Shown: positions 1 to 8,874 of the stretch, piece by piece
How the letters are laid out: each line of letters opens with the position of its first letter
Position numbering within the stretch: the stretch's first letter is position 1
Source of the DNA: Nitrososphaeria archaeon
GTDB taxonomy: Archaea; Thermoproteota; Nitrososphaeria; Geothermarchaeales; JDFR-13
Direction: 5' to 3'
Assembly: GCA_027047855.1 (NCBI GenBank)
Contig: JALTTZ010000090.1
Span: 1 to 20,659 of the forward strand
DNA length: 20,659 nucleotides
The notes under the pieces: model-generated
Database searches by the model: none
Told to the model about the DNA's origin: nothing
Seen by the model: the letters and a program-made list of their open reading frames with translations, nothing else
Position numbers and translations under genes: made by a program

Positions 1-1121
1 ATTATATCCCTAAGAGTCATTATCTTGAAAATCCTCCTCAACAACATCCTTGTCAAGTAACCCTCCTTCACATTAGAAGGCACAGCTCCATCTCTAATCA
101 GGAAAATGGCGGCTTTAGAGTGATCCAAGAGACGCATAACATCATCATAAAAGAATAATAAATCATTTACATACTCCCCCTCCAGACCAAGCTTGTCCGC
201 AATCTTGTCTCTAAGCTTCCGAACCTCATCCAACTTCTCGAAGTCGTAATGCGGACTATACAACGAATTCAGATAAAGGACGTCAGATGGAATATCTAAT
301 CCAATCCTATCTAGGAATTTATTAAGAACACCACCATAAATTGCATGAAAAGCGGAAGGAGAACCTTGTGAAAGCCAAGTCCATCTCTCAATACCATAAC
401 CAGTATCAACAGTAAACACCGGAGTCTCAACCAACTTATCATCCACTATTTTATACATCATAAATACCAAGGTAGAGACTTCGAGGCCATTGACTATACC
501 CTCGACATCAGGCCCAGCGTTACCGCCTCCAACCCAGAAGTGCTCCTTATAAGTAATATATTCTTCCGGAATTCCCAATACCTCAGTAGCAAACTCATGA
601 TGATAAGCTAGGGTGCCATCCTTCCAATAATAATATTCACCACCCTTGCGATTGAAAGCATGAGCACCACCCATCTCGAAAATAGTTAAATGCCTACCAG
701 CCGTCAACCCCACATTATTAATATCCTCGAACCTTAGGCATGGTTGGCTAACCACAAGTGGATTAGCTGGAGGACTACTAATACCAGCTGTCACATAGGG
801 TTGGAAATCAGCTATAGATGCGATAGTTACAAGAAGATCATTCCTCCACCTAGCAACAACTGGATACGGATCTATAATCGTGTGACCATTCTTCTCAAAG
901 AACTTCAGAAATTCCATCCTCATCTCATCGATAGAATACTTTCTCCTAGTAGGAGGATTCCTAAGAAAAGTATAATTTACGCACGGCGTCTCCCCACATA
1001 TATCCTGATCGGGATCCGGGGTCCAGAAATATGCACCACAAACTCTACACTTCTTTCTTGTGTAACCATGCTCCCTCATAAACTCAATATCAAACTCGTC
1101 TTCCCTAATCTTGAACTCCAA
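1..1121 (-). CDS. alaS: Alanyl-tRNA synthetase, N-terminal ~373 codons (the gene runs off the window start)
   Basis: My minus-strand translation reads (M)EFKIREDEFDIEFMREHGYTRKKCRVCGAYFWTPDPDQDICGETPC...VARWRNDLLVTIASIADFQPYV...RHLTIFEMGGAHAFN...GGGNAGPDVEG...VDTGYGIERW. This is the archaeal AlaRS N-terminal Cys-rich segment plus class II core pattern. It is missing from the ORF track because it is truncated by the window edge. The start is probably TTG 1121 (alternatives TTG 1142 or ATG 1079; an in-frame stop lies at 1143-1145). A TATA-like tatatataat sits at 1151-1160. Confidence 0.85.
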   Translation of the reverse strand, partial: MEFKIREDEFDIEFMREHGYTRKKCRVCGAYFWTPDPDQDICGETPCVNYTFLRNPPTRRKYSIDEMRMEFLKFFEKNGHTIIDPYPVVARWRNDLLVTIASIADFQPYVTAGISSPPANPLVVSQPCLRFEDINNVGLTAGRHLTIFEMGGAHAFNRKGGEYYYWKDGTLAYHHEFATEVLGIPEEYITYKEHFWVGGGNAGPDVEGIVNGLEVSTLVFMMYKIVDDKLVETPVFTVDTGYGIERWTWLSQGSPSAFHAIYGGVLNKFLDRIGLDIPSDVLYLNSLYSPHYDFEKLDEVRKLRDKIADKLGLEGEYVNDLLFFYDDVMRLLDHSKAAIFLIRDGAVPSNVKEGYLTRMLLRRIFKIMTLRDI

Positions 1122-1228
1122 CTCTATACACCAGACAATCAACTACACCATATATATAATCTAAGAAAATATGCACAAAAGAATAATTAAAAGTTAATTG
1201 AAGCCAAACTATATAGGTTTACAAAAAC

Positions 1229-1285
1229 AATCGAGACAAATAAATATAGATAAGGGGAGATAAACCCCCAATCAAATGGAGAATC
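1229..1285 (+). repeat. Intergenic copy of the tRNA-Met anticodon-loop intron sequence (GC hairpin GGGG-AGATAAAC-CCCC); it may also act as the rpl12 3' hairpin on the other strand
   Basis: aaggggagAtaaaccccc (1252-1269) matches aaggggagCtaaaccccc (9895-9912) at 17 of 18 positions in the same orientation. Both copies are flanked by aatcga upstream and ggaga(c/a)atc downstream. Confidence 0.5.
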
Positions 1286-1287
1286 AT

Positions 1288-1611
1288 TTAACCGAATAGT
1301 GCACCCAGACCCTCTAGAGCCTCCTCTTCCTCCTCTTCTTCCTTCTCTTCCTCAGCCTCTTCAGCCTTCTCCTCCTTGGCCTCCTCAGCCGGGGCCGCTA
1401 CTGGAGCAGCAGCAACAGTAGGCATAGCTACAGCAGACTCTAAAACCTCCTTAATATCGATAGTCTTTAATGAAGTCACTAATGATTTGATCATACCAGG
1501 GTCGGGCTCCTCACCAATAGCTTCCAAAACCTTCTTCAAATTCTCCTCATTTATCTCCTTTCCAGCTTCATACAGCAATAAAGCTGCATATATGTATTTC
1601 ACCATCAACAC
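1288..1611 (-). CDS. rpl12: Ribosomal stalk protein P1 (L12e/aL12)
   Basis: N-terminus [21 protein letters not shown]; Ala/Pro hinge; poly-Glu tail ending in the conserved stalk peptide [13 protein letters not shown]. The true start is probably ATG 1605 (MVKYIY). Confidence 0.95.
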   Translation of the reverse strand: MLMVKYIYAALLLYEAGKEINEENLKKVLEAIGEEPDPGMIKSLVTSLKTIDIKEVLESAVAMPTVAAAPVAAPAEEAKEEKAEEAEEEKEEEEEEEALEGLGALFG

Positions 1612-1664
1612 CCCATCGAATCAATATACCTAATTAATTACCTATAATATTAGTATATAAATTT

Positions 1665-2522
1665 TTAAGCACTGACCTTCTCGTTCAAGAGCTTAGCTGA
1701 CAAATGAGCTTTTATCAACAGATCCTTGACAGTATACTTAGTTGGAATTCCTAACTCGATGGATACAGTTCTACCATTCATGAATGCCTTCAACAGTAGT
1801 GGCTTGACAGTGTATTTAGATGGATAACCAATCTTCATTGCCACCTTGAAGGCCGATTCGAATGTTCTTGCCAAGTCCTCTTTAATTGCTTCTATATCTG
1901 GAAGTAGATGCTCCTTCCTAATTATGATACCTTCCTTAAGGTCAACCGCGAACCTCATAACCATCTTAGACTTAATAGGCTTAATACCCAACTTACTGAG
2001 CAAATTAGCCAAGTTTGCAGATATTTTATCACCAGCCCTAGCAACAACCGTATCCTTCATCACGTTAATAGCTCCGCCAATAATCTTAGTTGGAATACCG
2101 AAGTTAGAGAACAGACTAATAATAGGGCCGGGTGGAATACCTGTATTACCCTCAGGGATAACTATGTCACCCGGAGCTATATCTCCGGGAGAAGCAGGCA
2201 GATCAACCTCGAACTTATCCAATTCCAAAGCAATCTCAATCGGATTCTTATTGGTAAAAATAAATAACACTTGACCCTTAAGATCATCGACTATTTTATT
2301 TGCCAACTCCGGATATAAAGTCTGCATAGCCTTGAAAAATATAGTCTTTTTACCACCCTTAATTCTAAACCCCATATCCTTCTGAAGATTCCTTACCTCT
2401 TGAAGCATGGAGGCCCTAAGCCTATAAGCATCAACAAATATGATATATCTATGCTCTGAAATTAACTTCTTAAATTCCTCAAACATCCTCTTCTTACGTT
2501 CCCTAGGGGATAACCTCAACAT
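1665..2522 (-). CDS. rplP0: Ribosomal stalk protein P0 (L10/uL10), 285 aa, without an acidic C-terminal tail
   Basis: It sits between rpl1 and rpl12, as in the conserved archaeal operon. The C-terminus carries repeated spine motifs GYPSKYTVKPLLLKAF and GIPTKYTVKDLLIKAH, typical of P1-dimer binding helices. Confidence 0.9.
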   Translation of the reverse strand: MLRLSPRERKKRMFEEFKKLISEHRYIIFVDAYRLRASMLQEVRNLQKDMGFRIKGGKKTIFFKAMQTLYPELANKIVDDLKGQVLFIFTNKNPIEIALELDKFEVDLPASPGDIAPGDIVIPEGNTGIPPGPIISLFSNFGIPTKIIGGAINVMKDTVVARAGDKISANLANLLSKLGIKPIKSKMVMRFAVDLKEGIIIRKEHLLPDIEAIKEDLARTFESAFKVAMKIGYPSKYTVKPLLLKAFMNGRTVSIELGIPTKYTVKDLLIKAHLSAKLLNEKVSA

Positions 2523-2542
2523 TCAAAACCACCACGTAAACG

Positions 2543-3202
2543 CTACATAACCCTAATTGAAGGGCCCATTGTAGTCTTAACATATATCTTCTTAATAAAT
2601 GCTTTCTCCGGCAACTTACCACTAATAGCATCAATAACAGCTAAGGCATTCTCCGCTAACTCCTCCTCACTCATATCCTCCGTCCCTATAGCAACAGCCA
2701 CCATGGGATTATTCCTAACATTGACCGAGACAGAGGAACGCAGACCCTCAACCACCGCCTTCACATCCACGTTAGGCGGCAAGATTTGAGGCATCTTATT
2801 GCGGGGCCCCAATACACTACCCATAGCCCGACCTATCTTAGCCATAAACCGAGGCTCAGCCAAGAAGAAATCATACTCCTTAGCCAATTTCTTAATATCC
2901 TTCTTAGATCCAGCAAAGTCGTCAATCTCCTTGTCACGAATAACCCTATCCACACCAGCTTTCTCGGCGGCCTCCGCCACAGCACCATCAGCAAACACTG
3001 CAATCTTCTTAACCTTAGAAGACTTGTGTGGAAGCCTTATAACCATCCTAATCCTATTCTCAGGCTTCTTCAAATCAAGACCGGAAATTGCTAATATCAA
3101 CTCAACAGATTGAAGAAAATTCCTCTTCTTACTACTCTCCTTAGCCTGCTTAATCGCCTTAACCAAATCCTCCTTACTAATTTGTCTATACAGTTGACTC
3201 AT
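2543..3202 (-). CDS. rpl1: Ribosomal protein L1 (uL1)
   Basis: 219 aa. KKRNFLQSVELILAISGLDLKKPENRIR...PRFMAKIGRAMGSVLGPRNKMP matches the L1 family pattern, and it sits in the L11-L1-P0-P1 operon position. Confidence 0.95.
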   Translation of the reverse strand: MSQLYRQISKEDLVKAIKQAKESSKKRNFLQSVELILAISGLDLKKPENRIRMVIRLPHKSSKVKKIAVFADGAVAEAAEKAGVDRVIRDKEIDDFAGSKKDIKKLAKEYDFFLAEPRFMAKIGRAMGSVLGPRNKMPQILPPNVDVKAVVEGLRSSVSVNVRNNPMVAVAIGTEDMSEEELAENALAVIDAISGKLPEKAFIKKIYVKTTMGPSIRVM

Positions 3203-3206
3203 CTAC

Positions 3207-3707
3207 CTAACTACCCCCATATATGACATCATCATACTTACCTTCCTTAACCAATCTAGTCACTTCCTTCGGATCCATATTCTCTACTTTAACACCCATG
3301 CTAACACACGTCCCAATTACTTGTAAAACTACTTTCTTAAGGTCACTTAAATTAATCTTTCTATTAACTATCTTAGCGATATTAACCACTTGTTCCATAC
3401 TCAAGTTACCCACAAACTCCTTGCCGGGATTGCTGCTTCCCTTCTCGATCCCAGCCTCTTTAGCTATGAGGGCTGAGGTTGTAGGTATACCGACCTCTAT
3501 CTCAAACTCCTTTGTATCGACATCGACAATTATCTTTACGGGCACCCTCATACCACGGAAATCAGCGGTTAACTCATTGATCTTATCCACAATCTGTTTA
3601 ACGTTAACTCCAAGTGGGCCTAAAGCCGGGCCTAGTGGGGGGCCGGCGGTCGCGGCTCCACCACTAACCAATGCCTCAACAACCTGTTTCTTCCCCATAT
3701 CCATCAC
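3207..3707 (-). CDS. rpl11: Ribosomal protein L11 (uL11)
   Basis: [21 protein letters not shown] is the L11 N-terminal signature. The GTG start at 3707 overlaps the spt5 stop (GTGA); alternative ATG starts are at 3704 and 3698. Confidence 0.95.
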   Translation of the reverse strand: MMDMGKKQVVEALVSGGAATAGPPLGPALGPLGVNVKQIVDKINELTADFRGMRVPVKIIVDVDTKEFEIEVGIPTTSALIAKEAGIEKGSSNPGKEFVGNLSMEQVVNIAKIVNRKINLSDLKKVVLQVIGTCVSMGVKVENMDPKEVTRLVKEGKYDDVIYGGS

Positions 3708-4165
3708 TCCTCCTTCTTCTTAAGACTAGATACCGATATTATGATAGGTATAGGTGAAATAGACGCATCTTGAAGCTGTATTACAGCTTCGCGCCTATCC
3801 TTCTCACCTCTAATATTAATAACCTTGGCAACCATACCCCTAAAGGGTCCTGAAACAACCTCAACAATATCCCCTACCTCTATGACTTCCTCCTCCTTAC
3901 CGATCTCCAATAGAGTCTCTAAGTCCGAGTCACTCAACACACCAGGCAATATTTTCTTAAAATACTTGATGTTCTCAAAAGCCTTCACGACGTCGATATA
4001 CGCCGCAGCCTCAACAACCAACACACCCTTCATATTAGGAGGCTTAAAAATAGATTTAATCCTAAGATTACCCCCCGAATTCTTAACTTTAATCCATACC
4101 ATACGAGCTATATGCTCCTCCTGGCCGCTCGTCACCGAAACCATAAAAAACCTGCTGCTAGCCAT
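3704..4165 (-). CDS. spt5: Transcription elongation factor Spt5/NusG
   Basis: NGN-like N-terminus [17 protein letters not shown] plus a KOW-like [18 protein letters not shown]. It lies between secE and rpl11. I trimmed the tracked ORF (to 4219) back to ATG 4165, because the extension overlaps the secE 3' end. Confidence 0.9.
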   Translation of the reverse strand: MASSRFFMVSVTSGQEEHIARMVWIKVKNSGGNLRIKSIFKPPNMKGVLVVEAAAYIDVVKAFENIKYFKKILPGVLSDSDLETLLEIGKEEEVIEVGDIVEVVSGPFRGMVAKVINIRGEKDRREAVIQLQDASISPIPIIISVSSLKKKEE

Positions 4166-4178
4166 TCCAACCGACCAC

Positions 4179-4334
4179 CTATATCGTAATGAAAAGACCA
4201 AATATAACACCAATAACATAAGATATAGAACCCAATATCAAAATACCTAAGAAAACTAGTTTTGTATATTGCCAATACTCCTTTTTATCCGGTTTTCTCG
4301 CCAGCTTCAACACATTAATATACTTCCTCAACAC
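4179..4334 (-). CDS. secE: Preprotein translocase subunit SecE (Sec61 gamma), 51 aa
   Basis: Not in the ORF track because it is short. My translation is (M)LRKYINVLKLARKPDKKEYWQYTKLVFLGILILGSISYVIGVIFGLFITI*. It has the LARKPxKKEYW motif followed by one TM helix and occupies the canonical position upstream of spt5. Start is GTG 4334 or TTG 4331, and a stop lies 2 codons upstream. Confidence 0.8.
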   Translation of the reverse strand: MLRKYINVLKLARKPDKKEYWQYTKLVFLGILILGSISYVIGVIFGLFITI

Positions 4335-4353
4335 TGGGCTTCACCACAGAACA

Positions 4354-4361
4354 ATATATAA
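4354..4361 (-). promoter_or_regulatory. TATA box (ttatatat on the minus strand) for the secE-spt5-rpl11 unit
   Basis: It lies 20-27 nt upstream of the secE GTG at 4334. This spacing fits a leaderless or near-leaderless archaeal transcript. Confidence 0.5.
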
Positions 4362-4435
4362 CGTACAATTCATTAATATCTTGATAATTAATTCAGTACA
4401 TATACTTAAATCTTAACACATCACCATACTAAAAA

Positions 4436-5254
4436 TTATGCTTTCTCATAACTAAATCCAACATCCTCAAACAACTGTATAAGCGTACGTCTATAAGCTG
4501 ACTTCAACCCCTTCCAATCAATCAACGCCTTCCTAGCATTCATAGACTTGCCGAATGCATCAAGAATTATCTCCCTGCTCACCCCCCTCTCAACACTATA
4601 TTTAGATAGGATGTGACCCACTGTATATCCCTTCTTAACAACTGCATTCGTAAATCTAGGTGCATAATGTGGCCCCCCAAAACCGACAAATATCGACTCT
4701 GAGGTATGCTGAGCCTCTTTATAGGACCCGATGGCGTCCAAAAGCGAGGATATAACTATCTCAGCAGCCTTCTTATCGGACCACTCATCATATGAAGATC
4801 CGATCTCAACGAAGAAAGAGGGGTTTCTCAACTCGGTTGGGCCATGGTGAGTAACCTCCATAGTCACAGTGTAATCACTACCTATATCCAGATTATTCTG
4901 ATATAACCTCCTAAGAACCTGGTTCATCAATGGAGGGTGACAGGGGGCCAGACTCATAGGCCTACCCCCCAGCATAGCCTCGTTTAAAGGATTACCAGTC
5001 GGGTGTACACTCAATGTCTTCATTCCTGACTGAGAACTATGTTTAGATAGAAATATGTTAACATCAGCCTCGATACCTTCGTCCACAAAATCGGTGGCGA
5101 TAATATCAACATCAACGACCTTTAATAACCAATCCCCCTCACGACCAACATAAAGTGCATCACCAACCAATCTGAAATCTACAAACTTCTTTAGAGTTTC
5201 TACTAGATTCCTCCCTGCAGGATCTAACGAGCTCGATATAAACAGTATCTTCAT
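4436..5254 (-). CDS. dtdA: D-aminoacyl-tRNA deacylase, archaeal DTD2 type
   Basis: FLSKHSSQSG...LSVHPTGN, EVTHHGPTEL..PSFFVEIGSS..EW, GGPHYAPRFT, GHILSKY and IDWKG match the DtdA/DTD2 pattern as I remember it from Pyrococcus. ATG 5254 overlaps the argF stop as ATGA; the tracked ORF extends to 5269. Confidence 0.8.
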   Translation of the reverse strand: MKILFISSSLDPAGRNLVETLKKFVDFRLVGDALYVGREGDWLLKVVDVDIIATDFVDEGIEADVNIFLSKHSSQSGMKTLSVHPTGNPLNEAMLGGRPMSLAPCHPPLMNQVLRRLYQNNLDIGSDYTVTMEVTHHGPTELRNPSFFVEIGSSYDEWSDKKAAEIVISSLLDAIGSYKEAQHTSESIFVGFGGPHYAPRFTNAVVKKGYTVGHILSKYSVERGVSREIILDAFGKSMNARKALIDWKGLKSAYRRTLIQLFEDVGFSYEKA

Positions 5255-6204
5255 AGACCCATTACCCATCTCAAGATAGCCTTCTGCATATGTAACCTAT
5301 TCTCAGCTTGGTCATACACTATCGATATTCCGGAATCGATAACCTCATCGGTAACTTCCTCACCCCTATGCGCCGGTAAGCAGTGCATGAAATACGTACG
5401 TTTACCAGTAGAAGTTATCAAGTCCATAGTTACACGATACTTAGGTATAAAGACCTTCAACCGTTCCTCCCTCTCCTTTTCCATACCCATAGATACAAAC
5501 GTATCCGTATATATTATATCAGCATCTTTGACAGCATCAGCTGGATCCCTAACAATCTCTACAGTAGAGCCTGAAACCTTACTAAACTCGACTGCCATAT
5601 TAACGATATCTGGATTAGGCTCATAACCCTCCGGCGTCGCTACGCTAATGTTAACACCAGTCTTTGCACAGCCTATGAGGAGTGAATTGGCAACGTTATT
5701 TCCATCACCTACATAAGCCACCTTAACACCCACAAGCCTACCCAACTTTTCATATATAGTTAATAAGTCGGAGAGTATCTGAACAGGATGACACAGATCA
5801 GACAACCCATTTATAACTGGTATATCGGCGTAATAAGCCAATTCTTTAAGATCAAGATGGCTAAACACCCTAGCCATAATAATATCCACATAACGGCTAA
5901 GTACACGTGCAGTATCTTTAATGGACTCGCCCCTACCCAACTGGAGATCATTCCAATTTAGATATAGAGCGTGGCCGCCCATCTGAAGCATAGCTACCTC
6001 GAAAGAGACCCTGGTCCTAGTTGATGGTTTCTGAAATATCATTCCTAGAACCTTTCCACTCATATCATTCGATACATCAATCTTACCTTCCTTAATCTTC
6101 TTAGCAGTTACAATCAGTTCCCATATATCTTCGGGTTCTAGATCTACAAGCCACAACAAATCCCTCTTAAACTTCAAGGAAACCACCCCATTATACAAAA
6201 ACAC
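5251..6204 (-). CDS. argF: Ornithine carbamoyltransferase
   Basis: FQKPSTRTRVSFEVA is the carbamoyl-phosphate site. DTFVSMG and HCLPAHRGEEV are OTC-type motifs, which argues for OTC rather than ATCase. Confidence 0.85.
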   Translation of the reverse strand: MFLYNGVVSLKFKRDLLWLVDLEPEDIWELIVTAKKIKEGKIDVSNDMSGKVLGMIFQKPSTRTRVSFEVAMLQMGGHALYLNWNDLQLGRGESIKDTARVLSRYVDIIMARVFSHLDLKELAYYADIPVINGLSDLCHPVQILSDLLTIYEKLGRLVGVKVAYVGDGNNVANSLLIGCAKTGVNISVATPEGYEPNPDIVNMAVEFSKVSGSTVEIVRDPADAVKDADIIYTDTFVSMGMEKEREERLKVFIPKYRVTMDLITSTGKRTYFMHCLPAHRGEEVTDEVIDSGISIVYDQAENRLHMQKAILRWVMGL

Positions 6205-6228
6205 TCTTTAATAATAGACCATACCATA

Positions 6229-7128
6229 CTAATGGAATATATTTTTTATGACTATATTTTTATCGAAAGGAACAAGGTCATCCAATCCCTGCCCCACACC
6301 CAAATATAATATCGGTTTCCTCAATGCATATGCAACCGTGAGTATAGAGCCTCCTTTAGCATCTCCATCTACCTTGGTGAAGATAACTCCGTCGACCCCA
6401 ACCTTCTCATTAAATTCAAGTGCTTGCCGATAGGCATCTTGACCAGTTAGAGAATCAAGAACTAATATTCTTAAATCGGGTTCGGCCACCTCAACGATCT
6501 TTCTAAGCTCATCCATCAAATTAATGTTGGTATGCTGTCTACCCGCAGTATCAACCAGAACAGCATCTATGCCTCTAGACTCCGCGTGAACTATGGCATC
6601 ATACGCCACCGCCGCGGGGTCGGCTCCATATTGCTGGGTAATAACCCTAACACCGAGTCTATCTCCCCACTCCTTAATCTGTTCTATCGCACCAGCTCTA
6701 AATGTATCCGAACAGGCCAAGACTACACTAAATCCATTCTTTTTTAATCTCCAAGCAATCTTCGCTATCGTCGTTGTCTTACCGACCCCATTAACACCCA
6801 AGAAAACAATCTTGAAAGGCCTTGAACTCCTCTCCTTTATATATTTAATCAGGTCTAACGAGCCTGCGGTATCCAGTATCTCGATAACAGCCTCTCTAAG
6901 TGCATCGAGAACTATCTTACTAGGATTACTGAACCTCTTAAATTCCCTCCCCATTACATTCTTCTCCAAAGATTCCTTGATCCTCTCAACAACTTCCAAG
7001 GAGACATCGTTCTGAAGAAGGAGGAGCTCAATATCACTAAAAACCTCCTCGAACTCCTCCTTCGTTAATTTCTTATACTTAAGTCCACTTATTAACTCAG
7101 AAAGCCCCTTCCTTAAATTATCGAACAT
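6229..7128 (-). CDS. ftsY: Signal recognition particle receptor FtsY
   Basis: SRP-GTPase motifs GVNGVGKTTTIAKIA, DTAGR and TKVDGDAKGG, preceded by an N-domain helical bundle. Confidence 0.95.
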   Translation of the reverse strand: MFDNLRKGLSELISGLKYKKLTKEEFEEVFSDIELLLLQNDVSLEVVERIKESLEKNVMGREFKRFSNPSKIVLDALREAVIEILDTAGSLDLIKYIKERSSRPFKIVFLGVNGVGKTTTIAKIAWRLKKNGFSVVLACSDTFRAGAIEQIKEWGDRLGVRVITQQYGADPAAVAYDAIVHAESRGIDAVLVDTAGRQHTNINLMDELRKIVEVAEPDLRILVLDSLTGQDAYRQALEFNEKVGVDGVIFTKVDGDAKGGSILTVAYALRKPILYLGVGQGLDDLVPFDKNIVIKNIFH

Positions 7129-7136
7129 CCACCTTA

Positions 7137-7571
7137 CTACCTCTCAGATGTTTTCTGCATCTTAAACTGTAGCTCAGTAATCTTGGCGGTTATCTCCTCA
7201 TACCTATTCCTGAGTTGATTAAGTAGATTAGTTCGATCCTGCATAAGCTTTTGGAGATTCTCAATACTCTTATTTACATATTCTAAAGCCGCCTCAAGAT
7301 CCTTCTCCAAGTAGATTCCAGCACCTACACTCACAACAATTTTTGATGGCCTAGTGATAACTACGGGAAGGTACACACCTCCCCCAATAGGCAGCAGAGT
7401 TTCATGTTCCGAGGCCTCAGCATCAGACTTATATTTCCTCAGTATATCGAGAGCGTTCCTATTCTCCATCAGACTCCTTTCAAGAGTAGCTAGTTCATTG
7501 TAAAGCGCCTCAATCAGATCAAGTATCCTCCTCTGCTCATAAACCAATGCAGCCAACTCCTCCCTACTCAA
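7137..7571 (-). CDS. pfdA: Prefoldin alpha subunit
   Basis: 144 aa with a coiled-coil / beta-hairpin / coiled-coil layout (LLPIGGGVYLPVVI...VGAGIYLEK). It lies in the conserved ftsY-pfdA-eif6 neighbourhood. Confidence 0.85.
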   Translation of the reverse strand: MSREELAALVYEQRRILDLIEALYNELATLERSLMENRNALDILRKYKSDAEASEHETLLPIGGGVYLPVVITRPSKIVVSVGAGIYLEKDLEAALEYVNKSIENLQKLMQDRTNLLNQLRNRYEEITAKITELQFKMQKTSER

Positions 7572-7573
7572 CC

Positions 7574-8251
7574 CTAATCCACCTCAAGAGCCTGGGTAAT
7601 GATCATCAACTCCCTACCCGTCGTGGATGTACCCACGAGGGCACCATAATCATTAGCAACTAATCCAGATGATATAAATTCCACACCACCATTAATAGAA
7701 CCATTATAAACAGAAATATTTAGAACATCCCTAATTAGTCGGGACTCATCCTCCTTAATAACGGAGGAGAAAACACCGCCCTTATTATTGGCTACACCCA
7801 GCGACCCAATATATGAAAAACGGCCTATCGTAGTCGAGGCAACCTCCACATCAAGGGTATCAGCAATGATCTTTCGTATGCTCGGAGCTATCAGGGGAGA
7901 GGCAATAGCCCCGGCATCATTAGCCAAAACCAAATTACCAAAAGTATTGAATTTAAAATCAACCACACTATAATTTATATCCAATTCACGCAACGAAGAA
8001 ACGAGATTCTCAATCGCGTAATCCTCCCAAAGCCGTGGAATTACAACTCCATTACTGTTGCACACGATGAAAGGGGAGAGGATCAGGGATGAAACGAGTT
8101 TAACAGGTATACCCTGTGTTTTAAGGACGTTCGCAGCCATCTCAACCTTATTCTTACTTAAATTAGAATGGTAGAGAAAATACTTATTCGTAGCCTTAAT
8201 ATAGAGACCAACATTATCGCCGCCAAAAACCTTAATCTTCATTAATGTCAT
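7574..8251 (-). CDS. eif6: Translation initiation factor 6 (aIF6)
   Basis: MKIKVFGGDNVGLYIKATNKY followed by pentein-like repeats (GNLVLANDAGAIASP, GSLGVANNKGG, GLVANDYGALVG). The start is trimmed to ATG 8251 or 8242, downstream of the rpl31e stop at 8278. Confidence 0.9.
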   Translation of the reverse strand: MTLMKIKVFGGDNVGLYIKATNKYFLYHSNLSKNKVEMAANVLKTQGIPVKLVSSLILSPFIVCNSNGVVIPRLWEDYAIENLVSSLRELDINYSVVDFKFNTFGNLVLANDAGAIASPLIAPSIRKIIADTLDVEVASTTIGRFSYIGSLGVANNKGGVFSSVIKEDESRLIRDVLNISVYNGSINGGVEFISSGLVANDYGALVGTSTTGRELMIITQALEVD

Positions 8252-8277
8252 TCCGTGAAAACACCAAGCCCACTCAC

Positions 8278-8676
8278 TCAATCCTTCGCTGGAAGAACCC
8301 ACACACCAGCATCCTCGGTCTTAACAACCCTAACTTTAATCCTCCTAGGTGGATTCCTAATCCCCCTACTCCAAATAATCTCATTAACCTCCTCTGAAAT
8401 CCTAATATTAGGATCCTTCATATGCCTCTCCATAAACCTCCTCAAAAAGGTAACCGCCTTCTTAGCCCTATGCAAACCACGCTTATACCTGAAAGCCTTG
8501 TATAAAGGAACTACATATATACGTTCCTCCAGAATCTTGGTACTCTCATCAACATATTTAAATAGGATATCCTCTTCTTCCTCCGCCTTCTCCTCAACCT
8601 CAGGCTTCTCCTCTACAGTCTCCTCAGGCTCTTCCTCAACCTTCTCTTCGAGACGCTCCTCAGCCTCACTAAACAT
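8278..8676 (-). CDS. rpl31e: Ribosomal protein L31e with a ~45-aa acidic N-terminal extension
   Basis: The core ERIYVVPLYKAF...HRAKKAVTFLRRFMERHM...IRISEEVNEIIWSRGIRNPPRRIKVRV is L31e-like. The only in-frame ATG/GTG/TTG upstream of this core is ATG 8676. Confidence 0.9.
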   Translation of the reverse strand: MFSEAEERLEEKVEEEPEETVEEKPEVEEKAEEEEDILFKYVDESTKILEERIYVVPLYKAFRYKRGLHRAKKAVTFLRRFMERHMKDPNIRISEEVNEIIWSRGIRNPPRRIKVRVVKTEDAGVWVLPAKD

Positions 8677-8695
8677 AGAAACACCACCTCATAAC

Positions 8696-8872
8696 CTACT
8701 TAAAGAATCGCTTAGTCTTCAACTTCAACTTAGTCCTACGCCAATGCCTCCTACTAGGTGTAGTCCGAACCCTACCATTAGTCTTAGCTATAACCCAGAC
8801 CGGGACACTTTTGTTACTCCTATACGCAGCCGCCAAATGCTTCTTAAACGCATATGTCTTAACCCTCGCCAT
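8696..8872 (-). CDS. rpl39e: Ribosomal protein L39e, 58 aa
   Basis: Not in the ORF track because it is short. My translation is [58 protein letters not shown]. It has the VPVWV and [11 protein letters not shown]39e signatures and the canonical position next to rpl31e. Confidence 0.9.
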   Translation of the reverse strand: MARVKTYAFKKHLAAAYRSNKSVPVWVIAKTNGRVRTTPSRRHWRRTKLKLKTKRFFK

Positions 8873-8874
8873 AC

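Noticed and set aside
744-1190. 148-aa plus-strand ORF in the track
   Set aside because: It lies entirely antisense to a clearly recognisable alanyl-tRNA synthetase reading frame. Its sequence is low-complexity and unlike any protein family. It is a shadow ORF.
1300-1400. GAG/GAA-rich low-complexity tracts (also 8575-8676) as tandem repeats or CRISPR-like structure
   Set aside because: They encode the poly-Glu stalk tail of P1 and the acidic extension of L31e. No spacer-repeat periodicity is present, and no CRISPR array is visible anywhere in the window.
3600-3670. GC-rich island that might be a structured RNA gene
   Set aside because: It encodes the invariant L11 segment [16 protein letters not shown]. 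The GC richness is forced by Gly/Pro/Ala codons.
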